Shown here: positions 1-9,324 of the stretch, in pieces
Layout of the letters: each line of letters begins with the position of its first letter
Position numbering within the stretch: position 1 is the stretch's first letter
Assembly: GCA_041946805.1 (NCBI GenBank)
Contig: JBHGBC010000068.1
Span: 1-29,017, forward strand
Direction of reading: 5' to 3'
DNA from: a bacterium
Lineage (GTDB): Bacteria; Hinthialibacterota; Hinthialibacteria; Hinthialibacterales; Hinthialibacteraceae
DNA length: 29,017 bases
Made by a program: the position numbers and the translations under genes
Notes under the pieces: model-generated
What the model saw: only the letters and a program-made list of their open reading frames with translations
Told to the model about the DNA's origin: nothing
Database searches by the model: none

Positions 1-182
1 GTCGCCCTCGATAAGGATTTATATAGACTCACTTTACGATTTCAAACTCCATGATTATTGAATCTTTGGCGTAGTGCCTGGGGATAAAATATCCACAGGC
101 ATCAATATATATACAAATTGGAAAGACTAACGAATGTCATTTATGTGCTTAACATAACCATGTGATCACGAGGTTATTAACC

Positions 183-1190
183 ATGAAAATAATCGTTGTC
201 ATATTTATTTTCCTTCTTTCATCAGTTCTCACTTCATTAGCGCAATTAAGTCCAGTCGAAACTATTCTCCCACCCGTGCCGAACATGGAAGCACACTCGG
301 GTGAAGGACAACCCGAAATCTTATGGATGAAATGTGAAGGTGTTTATTTGAACATAAATTTTGTGTCACTATTGATATTAGGAGGAGAGTCACATCCCCT
401 TTCATTCACATATTATATTGATAAGTCATATCTTGTGCAATATGATATAAAAAATATAAAATATATTGATCCCGTTTTGCGATTTGATTTTCAACATGGA
501 ATGTATGAGCATGAGCTATGGAATGAACAACGATGTGATGGATTAATACATGATGCTTCATCGGTCACCGTGGATAATCAAAAGATATTTTTAGAGAATG
601 CTTATTTCCATCGCGAGGATTGGATTGATGAGTTTCCTGAAAGGGAATTCTTAGGTAAAGCTTGTGTACCCAATGAACGATATATAGTCGGAGTGACCCA
701 TTACCTTCATGATTATTACGCGCACGAAATGTTGCGCGTATGGAATTCACACACCGGTAAAGAGTATTCCGATTTACGCCAAATTTTAGGATTAGGATAT
801 CATGAGATATATTTTTCTCCTCAAGGCAACTATGTTATAGCCAGACATTTTTATGATAATGAACTGATTTACCTTGGTGAGGAAGGATATGTTCAATCTC
901 CACAGTCTTTTCTCATTGATCTTTCCCATCCCCGGAAGTTAACATCCAACCGGGATGTCGCCTTCACATCCGACGACGAGTATTTCGTCACCGAGCGGGA
1001 CGGCGTCCCCACGTTGGTGCATGCCCGGACGGACACCAATATCCTCCGGTACGCCATGGAATCGCCCATGATCTCCGCCGCCTTCTCGCCGGACAACCAG
1101 CGCCTCTACATCGAGGGAGCCAACAGCCAGATTTACGTCTTCGACAGCCATCTCCCCTCGCGCGCGGCGGGGTGGGAGGTGTATCCATGA
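183..1190 (+). CDS. Secreted protein with C-terminal WD40-like beta-propeller blades and a W-x-x-Y tail
   Basis: ATG at 183 gives a signal peptide (MKIIVVIFIFLLSSVLTSLAQ). WD40-like blades: IYFSPQGNYV, VAFTSDDEYFV, AAFSPDNQRLYI...IYVFD. Ends SRAAGWEVYP. The ORF track starts it at GTG 162. Confidence 0.75.
   Translation: MKIIVVIFIFLLSSVLTSLAQLSPVETILPPVPNMEAHSGEGQPEILWMKCEGVYLNINFVSLLILGGESHPLSFTYYIDKSYLVQYDIKNIKYIDPVLRFDFQHGMYEHELWNEQRCDGLIHDASSVTVDNQKIFLENAYFHREDWIDEFPEREFLGKACVPNERYIVGVTHYLHDYYAHEMLRVWNSHTGKEYSDLRQILGLGYHEIYFSPQGNYVIARHFYDNELIYLGEEGYVQSPQSFLIDLSHPRKLTSNRDVAFTSDDEYFVTERDGVPTLVHARTDTNILRYAMESPMISAAFSPDNQRLYIEGANSQIYVFDSHLPSRAAGWEVYP
1158..1190 (+). other. Candidate C-terminal sorting motif SRAAGWEVYP
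   Basis: Matches the tails of two other secreted proteins in the window (SAVPDWELW, VPVTEWMMY). Confidence 0.5.
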
Positions 1191-1238
1191 TGGGGATAGT
1201 AGTTGTACTATTGATAAGTTACGCTATGCTAACCCATC

Positions 1239-2357
1239 CTACGAATTAAGGCATTTCTCATACAATTCCTGAAACCGATTTGCCATGATGTCCGCCGAGA
1301 AAAGGAGTGCAACCCGCTCTCTCCCCGCCGCGCCCATGGTTTGGCGCTTTTCCGGCGCGGCGAGCAGTTCCGCCAGGGCGTCCCGCAAGCCCTTCCGGCT
1401 GCCCGGCGCGTGCAGCAATCCCGTCCCGCCGTGCGCCACCATCTCGGGGATGCCGCCCGTCCGCGCCGCCACGACGGGCAGGCCGGCCGCCATGGCTTCC
1501 AGGATCGACACCGGTTCGCCCTCCACTTCCGAGGGCAGAGCGAAGAGGTCCAAGCCCCGCAGCAAGCGCCGGGCGTCATTCCGGTAGCCCGTGAAAATCA
1601 CCCGGTCTTCCAGTCCCGCCTGTCTCGCTTGTTCCTGGAGCGCGGCTTCCATCTCTCCCTCGCCGACGATCAACAGCCGCAGATAGGGAAAGCGTTCTCT
1701 CAGATCCTGGGCTGCCTGGAGCAGCAGATCGTGCCGCTTGGGAGGCCGCAGCTGGGCCACGATGCCCACCACGAGGTGGCTGCCGGTCAGACCGAATTCC
1801 GTCTGGATTTCCCGCCGGATTCGGGCCGAATCCATTTCTTCTTCCAACAACTCCAATCCATTGTGGATAACCACCAGTTTGCGTTCCGGCAGCCCCATGT
1901 TGTCCTGGAGGCTGCGCCGGCCCGCTTCGGAATTGGCCACGAAAAAGTCATCGAGGGGATGGGTCAGGCGTTCACTCAAACCGTACAGCGGGCCGTAGGC
2001 GGCGGCCGTGTACACCGTGCGGATGCCTGCGATCACCCGCACGTCCCGGCGCAGCAGCCGCGTGAACCGCGCCAGCAGGTTGGCGTGATGCAGGAAGGCG
2101 TGGATCACTTGGGGCTGGAAATCCCGCAGAATCCTATCCCAGCGCCGCAACCCCTGCCAAAAGCCCCGGTCCATCTCCAGATTGAGGGCCTCCAAACCCA
2201 GCCGCGCGGCTGCCTCGACCAGATCGCCCGGCCCTTTCATGGTGGCCAGGAAGGGCGTGAAGCGGCCGTGGTCCAGGCGGCGGAGCAGGGATAAGATCAT
2301 CCGCTCGGTCCCGCAGATTTTCGAATCGGTGGTCAACAGCAGCACGCGGATGGTCAT
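1239..2357 (-). CDS. Glycosyltransferase family 4 (GT-B fold)
   Basis: CGTERM N-terminal motif, VIHNG, VAQLRPPKRHD, FALPSEVEGEPVSILEAMAAGLPVVA, GGIPE. Confidence 0.93.
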   Translation of the reverse strand: MTIRVLLLTTDSKICGTERMILSLLRRLDHGRFTPFLATMKGPGDLVEAAARLGLEALNLEMDRGFWQGLRRWDRILRDFQPQVIHAFLHHANLLARFTRLLRRDVRVIAGIRTVYTAAAYGPLYGLSERLTHPLDDFFVANSEAGRRSLQDNMGLPERKLVVIHNGLELLEEEMDSARIRREIQTEFGLTGSHLVVGIVAQLRPPKRHDLLLQAAQDLRERFPYLRLLIVGEGEMEAALQEQARQAGLEDRVIFTGYRNDARRLLRGLDLFALPSEVEGEPVSILEAMAAGLPVVAARTGGIPEMVAHGGTGLLHAPGSRKGLRDALAELLAAPEKRQTMGAAGRERVALLFSADIMANRFQELYEKCLNS

Positions 2358-3103
2358 CGTTTTCTCGCCGTCACCAGAAGTTTATGCGCCAGGATCCGCG
2401 CGGGGCCTTCGGTCATGGCGTAGGCCAGGCGGGGGACGAACCGGCACCAGTTCCCCATTTCCTGGAGCACGGGCATCCCCGCAGGAAGGAGTAGGTAATT
2501 GCCTTGAATGTGAAACTCCTCTGCCCATTCCGCCGCCACCCACGCCAGCCGTCCCGGGGTGGAGAGCGAGGTGTGGCCCAGTTCGCGCCCGAACCAGCGG
2601 CAGACAGCGCGCCAGGCGTGGTTGCTCAGCGTAGTGACGTGGAAGGTGTTCAGCATGTCGAAGACCACCAGCCCCCCCGGCTTGGCCACGCGAAAGAGTT
2701 CCCTCGCCGCCGCCTCGGGGTGGGGAACATACCAGAGCACGCTGAGGCTGTACACGGCGTCGAAACGGTTGTCCGCGTAGGGCAGCTGTTCAGCATCGGC
2801 GAGGCAGAGGTGCACCGGGCGGTCCGCCTCCACGAAGCGCGCCCGCGCGGCCTGGAGGTTGCCTTCCGAAAGGTCGCAACCGAACAGATCATTCGAATGA
2901 CTTGGGTACCGGGCCAGCAAATCCCCCCGGCCCACGCCCACTTCCAACACCCGGCCTTGCTGGATTTTCCGCACGGGCGCCAGGCACAGGTCCTGATATT
3001 TCACGTGATACGCCTGCCGGGAAAGCGCTTCGGAAAACGCCTCCCACTGTCCGGCGTAGCGCTTGCGGTAAAAATCTTTCCAGGATCCGGTGGCATCAGG
3101 CAT
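2354..3103 (-). CDS. Class I SAM-dependent methyltransferase
   Basis: VLEVGVGRG motif I, GCDLS, ADAEQLPYADNRFDAV, ELFRVAKPGG. 4-nt overlap with the GT4 gene. Confidence 0.92.
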   Translation of the reverse strand: MPDATGSWKDFYRKRYAGQWEAFSEALSRQAYHVKYQDLCLAPVRKIQQGRVLEVGVGRGDLLARYPSHSNDLFGCDLSEGNLQAARARFVEADRPVHLCLADAEQLPYADNRFDAVYSLSVLWYVPHPEAAARELFRVAKPGGLVVFDMLNTFHVTTLSNHAWRAVCRWFGRELGHTSLSTPGRLAWVAAEWAEEFHIQGNYLLLPAGMPVLQEMGNWCRFVPRLAYAMTEGPARILAHKLLVTARKR

Positions 3104-3236
3104 GGCGGTTGACAGGTCTCCCTCTTGAACTCTCGAAATGATTGGGTAGTCTCCAGAACCTCACCTAAATCAAAAATTTTGAAACCGACGATGAACTCCC
3201 GCCGGTTTTTTGATAAACTCTTAGGTATGGAGCCTT

Positions 3237-3869
3237 ATGGTATACGTTGAATACTACGATAGATTCTGGGAGTTGGATATGAACCTGAACTCATCCATCC
3301 ACCCGACAGACAGCCAATGGGACGTGCTTGCCCGGCAGCACTTCAAGGACGCGTATCCGGAGCTCGTGCGCCTGTTCCGGAACCTGTTGGGCCGCTCGTT
3401 TCTGTTGAACCATTGGATCCCGGATCCCCTGGCCCTCGATTATCTGACCAAGATTTTGATTTGTTTCCTGCCGGTTTCAACCAGCCGGGAGCTCGTTGAC
3501 ACGTTTTTAAATCAGCAGCACGCGGGCGCGGACGACCCGCGGGACATTATCCGCTTCTACGAACGGACCGGCGAGTTCATCCTCTGGTGGTCGGGAATCC
3601 ACAAGAAACCAGTCTTCCAGGCCGAGGGCAAGCGCTCGTTTACGATTGCCTACGAGCGCCTCTCCGATTTCGAGATTCCCAAGAAGCGCTTCATCATCAT
3701 GCCGGGGCAGGAGGAGGACCTTTCCTCCAAGCGCCTGAAGGTCAATAAGATGTTCAGCGCCCAGTTCGAGAACTACCAGGCGGTGCTGGAGCAGTCGGAC
3801 ATCCTTGACGATCCCGCCTACCGCCGTTTCCGGGAGTTGTTCATGACGGATGATTTTTCGATCAATTGA
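3237..3869 (+). CDS. Hypothetical protein (mostly helical)
   Basis: 210-aa ORF with GGAG RBS and host-like codon usage, divergent from the methyltransferase. No motif I can name. Confidence 0.7.
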   Translation: MVYVEYYDRFWELDMNLNSSIHPTDSQWDVLARQHFKDAYPELVRLFRNLLGRSFLLNHWIPDPLALDYLTKILICFLPVSTSRELVDTFLNQQHAGADDPRDIIRFYERTGEFILWWSGIHKKPVFQAEGKRSFTIAYERLSDFEIPKKRFIIMPGQEEDLSSKRLKVNKMFSAQFENYQAVLEQSDILDDPAYRRFRELFMTDDFSIN

Positions 3870-4070
3870 TTTCCGTCACGGGTTATAACAGCCCTAGGTC
3901 AAAACTTACGGCTATTCAGCTGGATCCCCGGCGGGGAGGAGGAAGGAAATGGGGATACCGGTGGATTTCGCCGCACACAACCCGCTCAACCTATGCAGGA
4001 ATTATTTTGGGTATTGTGTAGAAATAATTGAAGTCAGAGTGTTGAGGGGATTGGTTTTAGCCCGGGGCGG

Positions 4071-5612
4071 TCATGAGGTTTTCTTTTTCCCGGCAGCCTG
4101 GGGGACGGGGGAGGGTTCGTAGCCGCGGCCGCGCAACAGGCGGATCAGATTGCGCGCCCGGGATTCGGGGACGGCGAAGAAGCGTTCGGCGATGCGGGGG
4201 CCCAAGAGGGATTGGACCTCGGGAACGTGTTCCAATTCCTCGGCCAGGTCGGCGGCCGCGCATTCCACCAGCACGGTCCGGCGCAGCTGGATCTGGCCAT
4301 AGCGGGCGCACCATTCCTCCAGCGTGTAGCGGACGTTGCCCGGCAGAGCGCTTCCCGTGAGTTCCTCCAGAAATCCCAGCACCTCCGCGCGGCTCCAGCC
4401 CCGGCGCATGGCGGACATCACGCTCCGCCGGGAGAGGTGGTATTCCGTAAACACATCGCGGCGGCGGAACTCGGCGGTCTGCTCCAGTTTCCAGAGAGTG
4501 CCATACCCCACCCCCGGGGGGATCAGCAAATCGAAATTGGGCTGCAGGATGCAGGGAGCGGGGATGGTTTCGCCACCGGGCAGGTCCAGGTCGAACAGCA
4601 GGCGGGCCGCCGCACGGGTGAGGGTGAACGTAGGAGGCGTCTGCCGGCGTCCCAGCTGGACGATGCCCACAAACTCGAGCCACCGCAGCCATCGGATCAC
4701 ACGGTTCAGCGATGGGTATTCCGAATCGGGGCGGGAATTCGAAGCCAGCGCCTGGAATAAGTCATCCACAAGGAACATCGGTAATTTCTGTTGTTGACGT
4801 ACCCAGTCTTCGGCCGCGTAGAGGGCGATCAAGACACCCTGGATTTCCGGTTCCGAAACCAGAATCGAGCCGCGGAAATAATTCCAAAGATCATTCCATA
4901 ATTGACGTTCATCCTGGGAGAACCACGCGTCGGCGCCCGGGGCCAGCAGATAGGTTCCGTGGCGGGAAAGGAGCAGCCCGCAAGCCCGGGTGAAATCCAG
5001 CACGAACGGGAAAAAGTCTTCGGCGCCGGCCTCCTGGCCATGACGTTCCAGCCATTTTTCAAGGAACCGACGCGGGATGGCGCCCTTTAGGGTGATGCGC
5101 GCCTTCCGCCGGGACAGAAGGCTGAGCCAGTGGAAAACCGCTTCCAGCGCCGGGACGCGCGGCGATACGGATTCGGGGGAGCGTTCCGCGCGGGGACGCA
5201 GGGCCGCGAAGGGCGAGCAAAACAACGGGCGCAGCCCGCGGCGGATTTCCAGGGGGAACAACACCCGTTTTTCCGGCCCGGTCTGATCCAGGAACAACAG
5301 GCCCGATTCCAGCAACGGGGTTATGGGGTTCACCGGGGAGTCTCCAGAAGGACCGGCGTTCGGCGAGGCGTCTGGGAAGGGGAACGATTCGCCGCCCGGT
5401 TCGCTGAAGAACACCAAACGGCGCAACAGAATCCGGCTGCGGGAAGGCAATTCATCCAAGCGGTTGGAAAGAAAATGGGGATCGCGGTACTTCAGGGTAA
5501 GGGAATCCAGCAGAGTGCGCTTGGAAGGGGAAGCGGCCGTGATGCCGAATTCGTTGGCCAGGCGGCGGAGTTGATCATGTGGCAAATGCGCCAGAAGGGT
5601 AAAGAGGTTCAT
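4071..5612 (-). CDS. XPB-associated protein with C-terminal Helicase_C_3 (XPB/Ssl2 N-terminal-like) domain
   Basis: C-terminal ILQPNFDLLI...YHLSRRSV..AMRRG...LPGNVRYTLEEWCARYGQ resembles the XPB N-terminal domain next door (IVQSDKTVFL...YAISPLSL...IPENVELDIREYMGRYGR). No Walker motifs. 4 nt downstream of XPB. Confidence 0.85.
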   Translation of the reverse strand: MNLFTLLAHLPHDQLRRLANEFGITAASPSKRTLLDSLTLKYRDPHFLSNRLDELPSRSRILLRRLVFFSEPGGESFPFPDASPNAGPSGDSPVNPITPLLESGLLFLDQTGPEKRVLFPLEIRRGLRPLFCSPFAALRPRAERSPESVSPRVPALEAVFHWLSLLSRRKARITLKGAIPRRFLEKWLERHGQEAGAEDFFPFVLDFTRACGLLLSRHGTYLLAPGADAWFSQDERQLWNDLWNYFRGSILVSEPEIQGVLIALYAAEDWVRQQQKLPMFLVDDLFQALASNSRPDSEYPSLNRVIRWLRWLEFVGIVQLGRRQTPPTFTLTRAAARLLFDLDLPGGETIPAPCILQPNFDLLIPPGVGYGTLWKLEQTAEFRRRDVFTEYHLSRRSVMSAMRRGWSRAEVLGFLEELTGSALPGNVRYTLEEWCARYGQIQLRRTVLVECAAADLAEELEHVPEVQSLLGPRIAERFFAVPESRARNLIRLLRGRGYEPSPVPQAAGKKKTS

Positions 5613-5616
5613 GCAT

Positions 5617-7326
5617 CTATCCGGTCTGCGAGGTCAGGGAGGCCGGGGATCCGTTGATCACGTCTTCCATGGTCTGAATATGATAACTGTATCCCTGTTC
5701 GGTCAAAAACCGCTGCCGCTTTTGGGCGAATTCCCCCTCGCTGCTGTCGCGGGTGATCACCGAGTAAAACATCGCGATCTGTCCGTCGCTTTTGGGGCGC
5801 AGGATCCGTCCCAGCCGTTGCGCTTCTTCCTGCCGTGAGCCGAAGGTGCCGGAGATTTGGACGGCCACGTTGGCTTCGGGCAAGTCCACGGCGAAATTGG
5901 CCACCTTGGAGACGACCAGGCGGGTGATTATCCCCTGCCGGAACTGTTCGTACAGTTTTTCCCGCTCCATGTTGGGGGTTTGTCCGGTGATCAGGGGGAT
6001 ATGGAAGGCGCCGGACACGATCTTGAGTTGCTTGAGATATTGTCCGATGATCAGCACGCGGTGTTCTTTGTGCTGTTCCAGCAGCGATTCGAGCACGTCC
6101 AGTTTCAAGGGATTTTCCGAGGCGATGCGGTATTGCGCGCGGAGGGGCGACATGACGTACTCGCGGCGTTGTTCAAGGGGCAGCGGGACGCGGATCTCGT
6201 GGCATTGCGCCTGGGCGATCCATCCCTGTTTTTCCAACGCTTTCCAGGGGATGTCAAAGCACTTGGGGCCGATCAGGCTGAAAACGTCCGTTTCCAGGCC
6301 GTCCTCCCGCACCAGGGTAGCAGTCAGGCCCACCCGCCGCCGGGCCTGGATGTCGGCCGTCATGCGGAACACGGGGGCGGGAAGCAGGTGCACTTCGTCG
6401 TAGATGATAAGGCCCCAGTCCTCCGATTCGAACACCGCCAGGTGCGGGTATTTTTCCGACTTTGGGCGGCGGTAGGTTAGGATCTGGTAGGTGGCGATGG
6501 TCACCGGACCAATGTCCTTGCGTTCCCCGCTGTACTCGGTAACGTCCGCGTCGCGCAGCGTGGTTTTTTCGAGGATTTCCCGTTTCCACTGCCGCAGGGC
6601 GACGATGTTGGTGACCAGGATCAGGGTTTGGCGCTTCAGTTCGGCCATGACGCCCAGGCCGATGACCGTCTTGCCCGCCCCGCAGGGCAGCACGATCACC
6701 CCACTGCCGCCCGCCGCACTGCCACCCCGGTAAAACGCCGAGACGGCCGCCTTTTGGTAATCCCGCATTTGAAACGGCGCGCCCGACTCCAAGGCCGGGG
6801 AGAGCGACAATTCCAGCGGCGCGCCTTCCACGTAACCCGCCAGGTCCTGGACGGGAAATCCCAGTTTGATCAGTGATTGTTTCAGTCGGCCGCGGTAAGC
6901 CCCCCCCACTTTCAGCGTCCGATCGTCCAGGCGTTCCTCGACAAACGGCTGAGTGTTTTTGTGCCGGCGGATTTGGTCCAGCAGCAATGGATCTTGGCTA
7001 CGCAGTACCAGGGAGCCGCTCTCGCGTTCGAGCACCAGGCGGCCGTAGCGTCCCATGTATTCCCGGATGTCGAGCTCGACGTTTTCGGGGATGGGATACC
7101 GGGAAAAGCGGCGCAGTCCTTCCAGGACATCGTCCGGGGTCAGCCCGGCGCTGGCGGCGTTCCAGAGCGACAGGGGGGAGATGGCGTAGGTGTGGATATG
7201 TTCCGGGCACTTGATCAATTCCGCGAATCCGCAGAGGGTGTCGCGCGCTTCCTCGAAGGCGGGCGAGTCCACCTCGAGGAAAACGGTCTTGTCGCTTTGC
7301 ACGATTAAAGGCTTGACAGACGCCAT
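5617..7326 (-). CDS. DNA repair helicase XPB/Rad25/Ssl2-like (SF2)
   Basis: RDYQ Q-motif, LPCGAGKT Walker A, YDEVH, GLTATLVREDG (RED motif), SKVANFAVDLPEA, SRQEEAQRLGRILRPK. Confidence 0.96.
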   Translation of the reverse strand: MASVKPLIVQSDKTVFLEVDSPAFEEARDTLCGFAELIKCPEHIHTYAISPLSLWNAASAGLTPDDVLEGLRRFSRYPIPENVELDIREYMGRYGRLVLERESGSLVLRSQDPLLLDQIRRHKNTQPFVEERLDDRTLKVGGAYRGRLKQSLIKLGFPVQDLAGYVEGAPLELSLSPALESGAPFQMRDYQKAAVSAFYRGGSAAGGSGVIVLPCGAGKTVIGLGVMAELKRQTLILVTNIVALRQWKREILEKTTLRDADVTEYSGERKDIGPVTIATYQILTYRRPKSEKYPHLAVFESEDWGLIIYDEVHLLPAPVFRMTADIQARRRVGLTATLVREDGLETDVFSLIGPKCFDIPWKALEKQGWIAQAQCHEIRVPLPLEQRREYVMSPLRAQYRIASENPLKLDVLESLLEQHKEHRVLIIGQYLKQLKIVSGAFHIPLITGQTPNMEREKLYEQFRQGIITRLVVSKVANFAVDLPEANVAVQISGTFGSRQEEAQRLGRILRPKSDGQIAMFYSVITRDSSEGEFAQKRQRFLTEQGYSYHIQTMEDVINGSPASLTSQTG

Positions 7327-7385
7327 GTGATCTCTTACGCCTCCAGGCCCGGGTAAATCGGCCGGTATTCACAGTGGAAACGTAT

Positions 7386-7414
7386 AGTATACCTGGAGAA
7401 GGCCGTTTTTCGAA
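7386..7414 (-). promoter_or_regulatory. Putative sigma70-type promoter for the XPB operon
   Basis: Minus strand TTCGAA-17 nt-TATACT, about 60 nt upstream of the ATG. Confidence 0.4.
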
Positions 7415-7504
7415 GAGAATGACGGGGAAGGGAGGGGATGACGGAAATGGGAAGGTTGGTTTGATCAATGAGCGAGGCTCAAGGCGTTACCGGTTCTTTT
7501 GCGA

Positions 7505-8284
7505 TTAATTACTTTGGGGTGGCATAGGAGGTTGGCGGATAGATTGGAGGCGATGCTGATCCAAATACTTTCTCATGTAGGATTTGGCTTCATCAATATT
7601 CTGTTGGTGCTCATCCATTTCATTTCGCTCTAACTTTCGGGAAATGAATTCCCCTTTTTTATTCCGTGACAAGGTCGCGATGGAAATCGGGCCGTTGACA
7701 CCTCCCGGATTCACGTCGATGGCGTGCTGAATCGTCCAAGTGGCCGCGAAAATGCCGTCCGCTAAATCGGGTTGTTTTTCTTCCCAAAAAACTCTTTTTA
7801 AAAATGCCAAAAATGAATCGGTAATATGGATGGTCGATCCCATTGAGACAAACCAGGAATTGGGTGTTTTAATTTCAGGTTGGAAATCCTCCACCGCAAA
7901 TTCACATAAAAATTGATTCGTTCCTAATGGGAAAGCGAGTAAAGCACCCAATCCACCGGGTTTCAAATGCGTTGAGTTCATATCGTCAAGCATACACCGG
8001 CACAAATCCTTGGTGATCTGTATATGGGATATTTCGATTTCTTGCTGATTGACTTTTCGGATTTTTGAAAATAGATGATTTTTGTAAAAATCTTGGATGA
8101 TTTGATGATACCGTTGCTTCAGACCGACGGAACCAGTGGCCGTTAAAATGATTTTATTTTCTATTATTTCGATTTTTTCGGTTGTTTGTTCGATAATACG
8201 CTCATTGAAAACAGCACTGGTCGACGAACTGTCGGCCCCGACCACCACCCCATCGGTACAAAGAATGCCAACAATCGCAGTCAT
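7505..8284 (-). CDS. Proteasome-beta-like Ntn-hydrolase (putative threonine protease)
   Basis: M-T-AIVGILCTDGVVVGADS gives Thr1 after Met removal and Asp17. Lys in TTEK, ATGS and SMGS match proteasome/HslV beta-subunit motifs. Confidence 0.8.
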   Translation of the reverse strand: MTAIVGILCTDGVVVGADSSSTSAVFNERIIEQTTEKIEIIENKIILTATGSVGLKQRYHQIIQDFYKNHLFSKIRKVNQQEIEISHIQITKDLCRCMLDDMNSTHLKPGGLGALLAFPLGTNQFLCEFAVEDFQPEIKTPNSWFVSMGSTIHITDSFLAFLKRVFWEEKQPDLADGIFAATWTIQHAIDVNPGGVNGPISIATLSRNKKGEFISRKLERNEMDEHQQNIDEAKSYMRKYLDQHRLQSIRQPPMPPQSN

Positions 8285-8286
8285 CT

Positions 8287-8718
8287 CTACCCTTTGAATA
8301 CGCTATGGACTCTCATTTCCGGATAGGCTTGATAAATCGATGAAACCAATTCCGTGAAGCTCAAGCTCCGCACATATTCAGAAACATTCGTGAGGTACTC
8401 TTTCACGAGGGGCGGGAGTTGATTCCAGATGGCGTTTCCCTTCTCCAAACCTTGTTCGGTCAGTTCATAAAGGTTTTTCCGGCCATCGAATTTCACGATG
8501 GCGTCACCGGTTTTGGCGAGATCTTCGATTGTTGAATAGACCTCCTTGTCAAACGGTCCATAATCATACGGTTTAAAATCAAATTGAGGGCCGTCAATAT
8601 ATTGAGGAATATTTTTGTCGATCAAAAAGAACATTTTTTGAACTTGAACAGGCGTATACGTATGGCAACACTTGCTCCCTGCCGCTAAACCCGCTAGAAC
8701 CGTCTCTTTCTTGTTCAT
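8287..8718 (-). CDS. SocA/Panacea (DUF4065/YwgA-like) winged-helix antitoxin-like protein
   Basis: VQKMFFL...FDFKPYDYGPFDKEVY...L...YELTEQG pattern. AAGGAG RBS supports ATG 8718. Stop lies 2 nt before the Ntn-hydrolase start. Confidence 0.75.
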   Translation of the reverse strand: MNKKETVLAGLAAGSKCCHTYTPVQVQKMFFLIDKNIPQYIDGPQFDFKPYDYGPFDKEVYSTIEDLAKTGDAIVKFDGRKNLYELTEQGLEKGNAIWNQLPPLVKEYLTNVSEYVRSLSFTELVSSIYQAYPEMRVHSVFKG

Positions 8719-9126
8719 GATTCTCTCCTTGATCACTCTGCTGGGATCATTCTATATAGCAAATTTTGTGCCGAAAAGTACGCAGGGCATTTTCGTGCCA
8801 ACCCACCAATAGATCCCTGTGATCGCTTGATCCGCTTCCAGTATATTCGAAAATACGGAAATTCAGAATTTTTATCAAGCCTCAAGAACATGATTGGTTT
8901 TAGGAGTCGAACCAGGGAGCGGATTTGAACAGCCATCATCCCATCCTCGCCGATGTCATTCAACTCCATCCATCCTGCGGGATTAAAGGCCACGCAGGAT
9001 CGTTTACCATGGGAGTGTTTGTCCTTGAAGATGTTTCCCCCAAAAATCGCCGCCTTCCCGCTTGAATTTTGGGGGAAATCCGTCCACAATAAGAATGCTT
9101 CGGAAACGCGGGGGGATTTTCGCGGC

Positions 9127-9155
9127 TTCCGGAGAGGAGAAAGCGCGGTTATAAT
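9127..9155 (+). promoter_or_regulatory. Putative promoter of tRNA-Val
   Basis: TTCCGG-17 nt-TATAAT (perfect -10 at 9150-9155), 20 nt upstream of the tRNA. Confidence 0.55.
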
Positions 9156-9175
9156 CAAGCCATTCGAACAGGCAC

Positions 9176-9249
9176 GGGCGATTAGCTCAGTTGGTTAGAG
9201 CGCCAGTATCACAAACTGGAGGCCACTGGTTCAAGTCCAGTATCGCCCA
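9176..9249 (+). tRNA. tRNA-Val (anticodon CAC), CCA not encoded
   Basis: Acceptor GGGCGAT/ATCGCCC + discriminator A; D-arm GCTC..GAGC; anticodon stem CCAGT/ACTGG with loop ATCACAA; T-arm ACTGG-TTCAAGT-CCAGT. Confidence 0.95.
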
Positions 9250-9324
9250 TTTTGTTATTTATCCGGTCAACGACCATGGGTTCTCCTGTCCCGATCGAGG
9301 GAGCGCCTCACACCCGTAGCTCCG

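Noticed and set aside
7505..8284. Canonical hslV or prcB assignment
   Set aside because: No hslU, alpha-subunit or pup/pafA neighbours, and longer than HslV; only the fold-level call is supported.
8733..9158. 141-aa minus-strand ORF upstream of the Panacea-like gene
   Set aside because: Starts inside the tRNA promoter, has no RBS or recognisable motif; probably intergenic.
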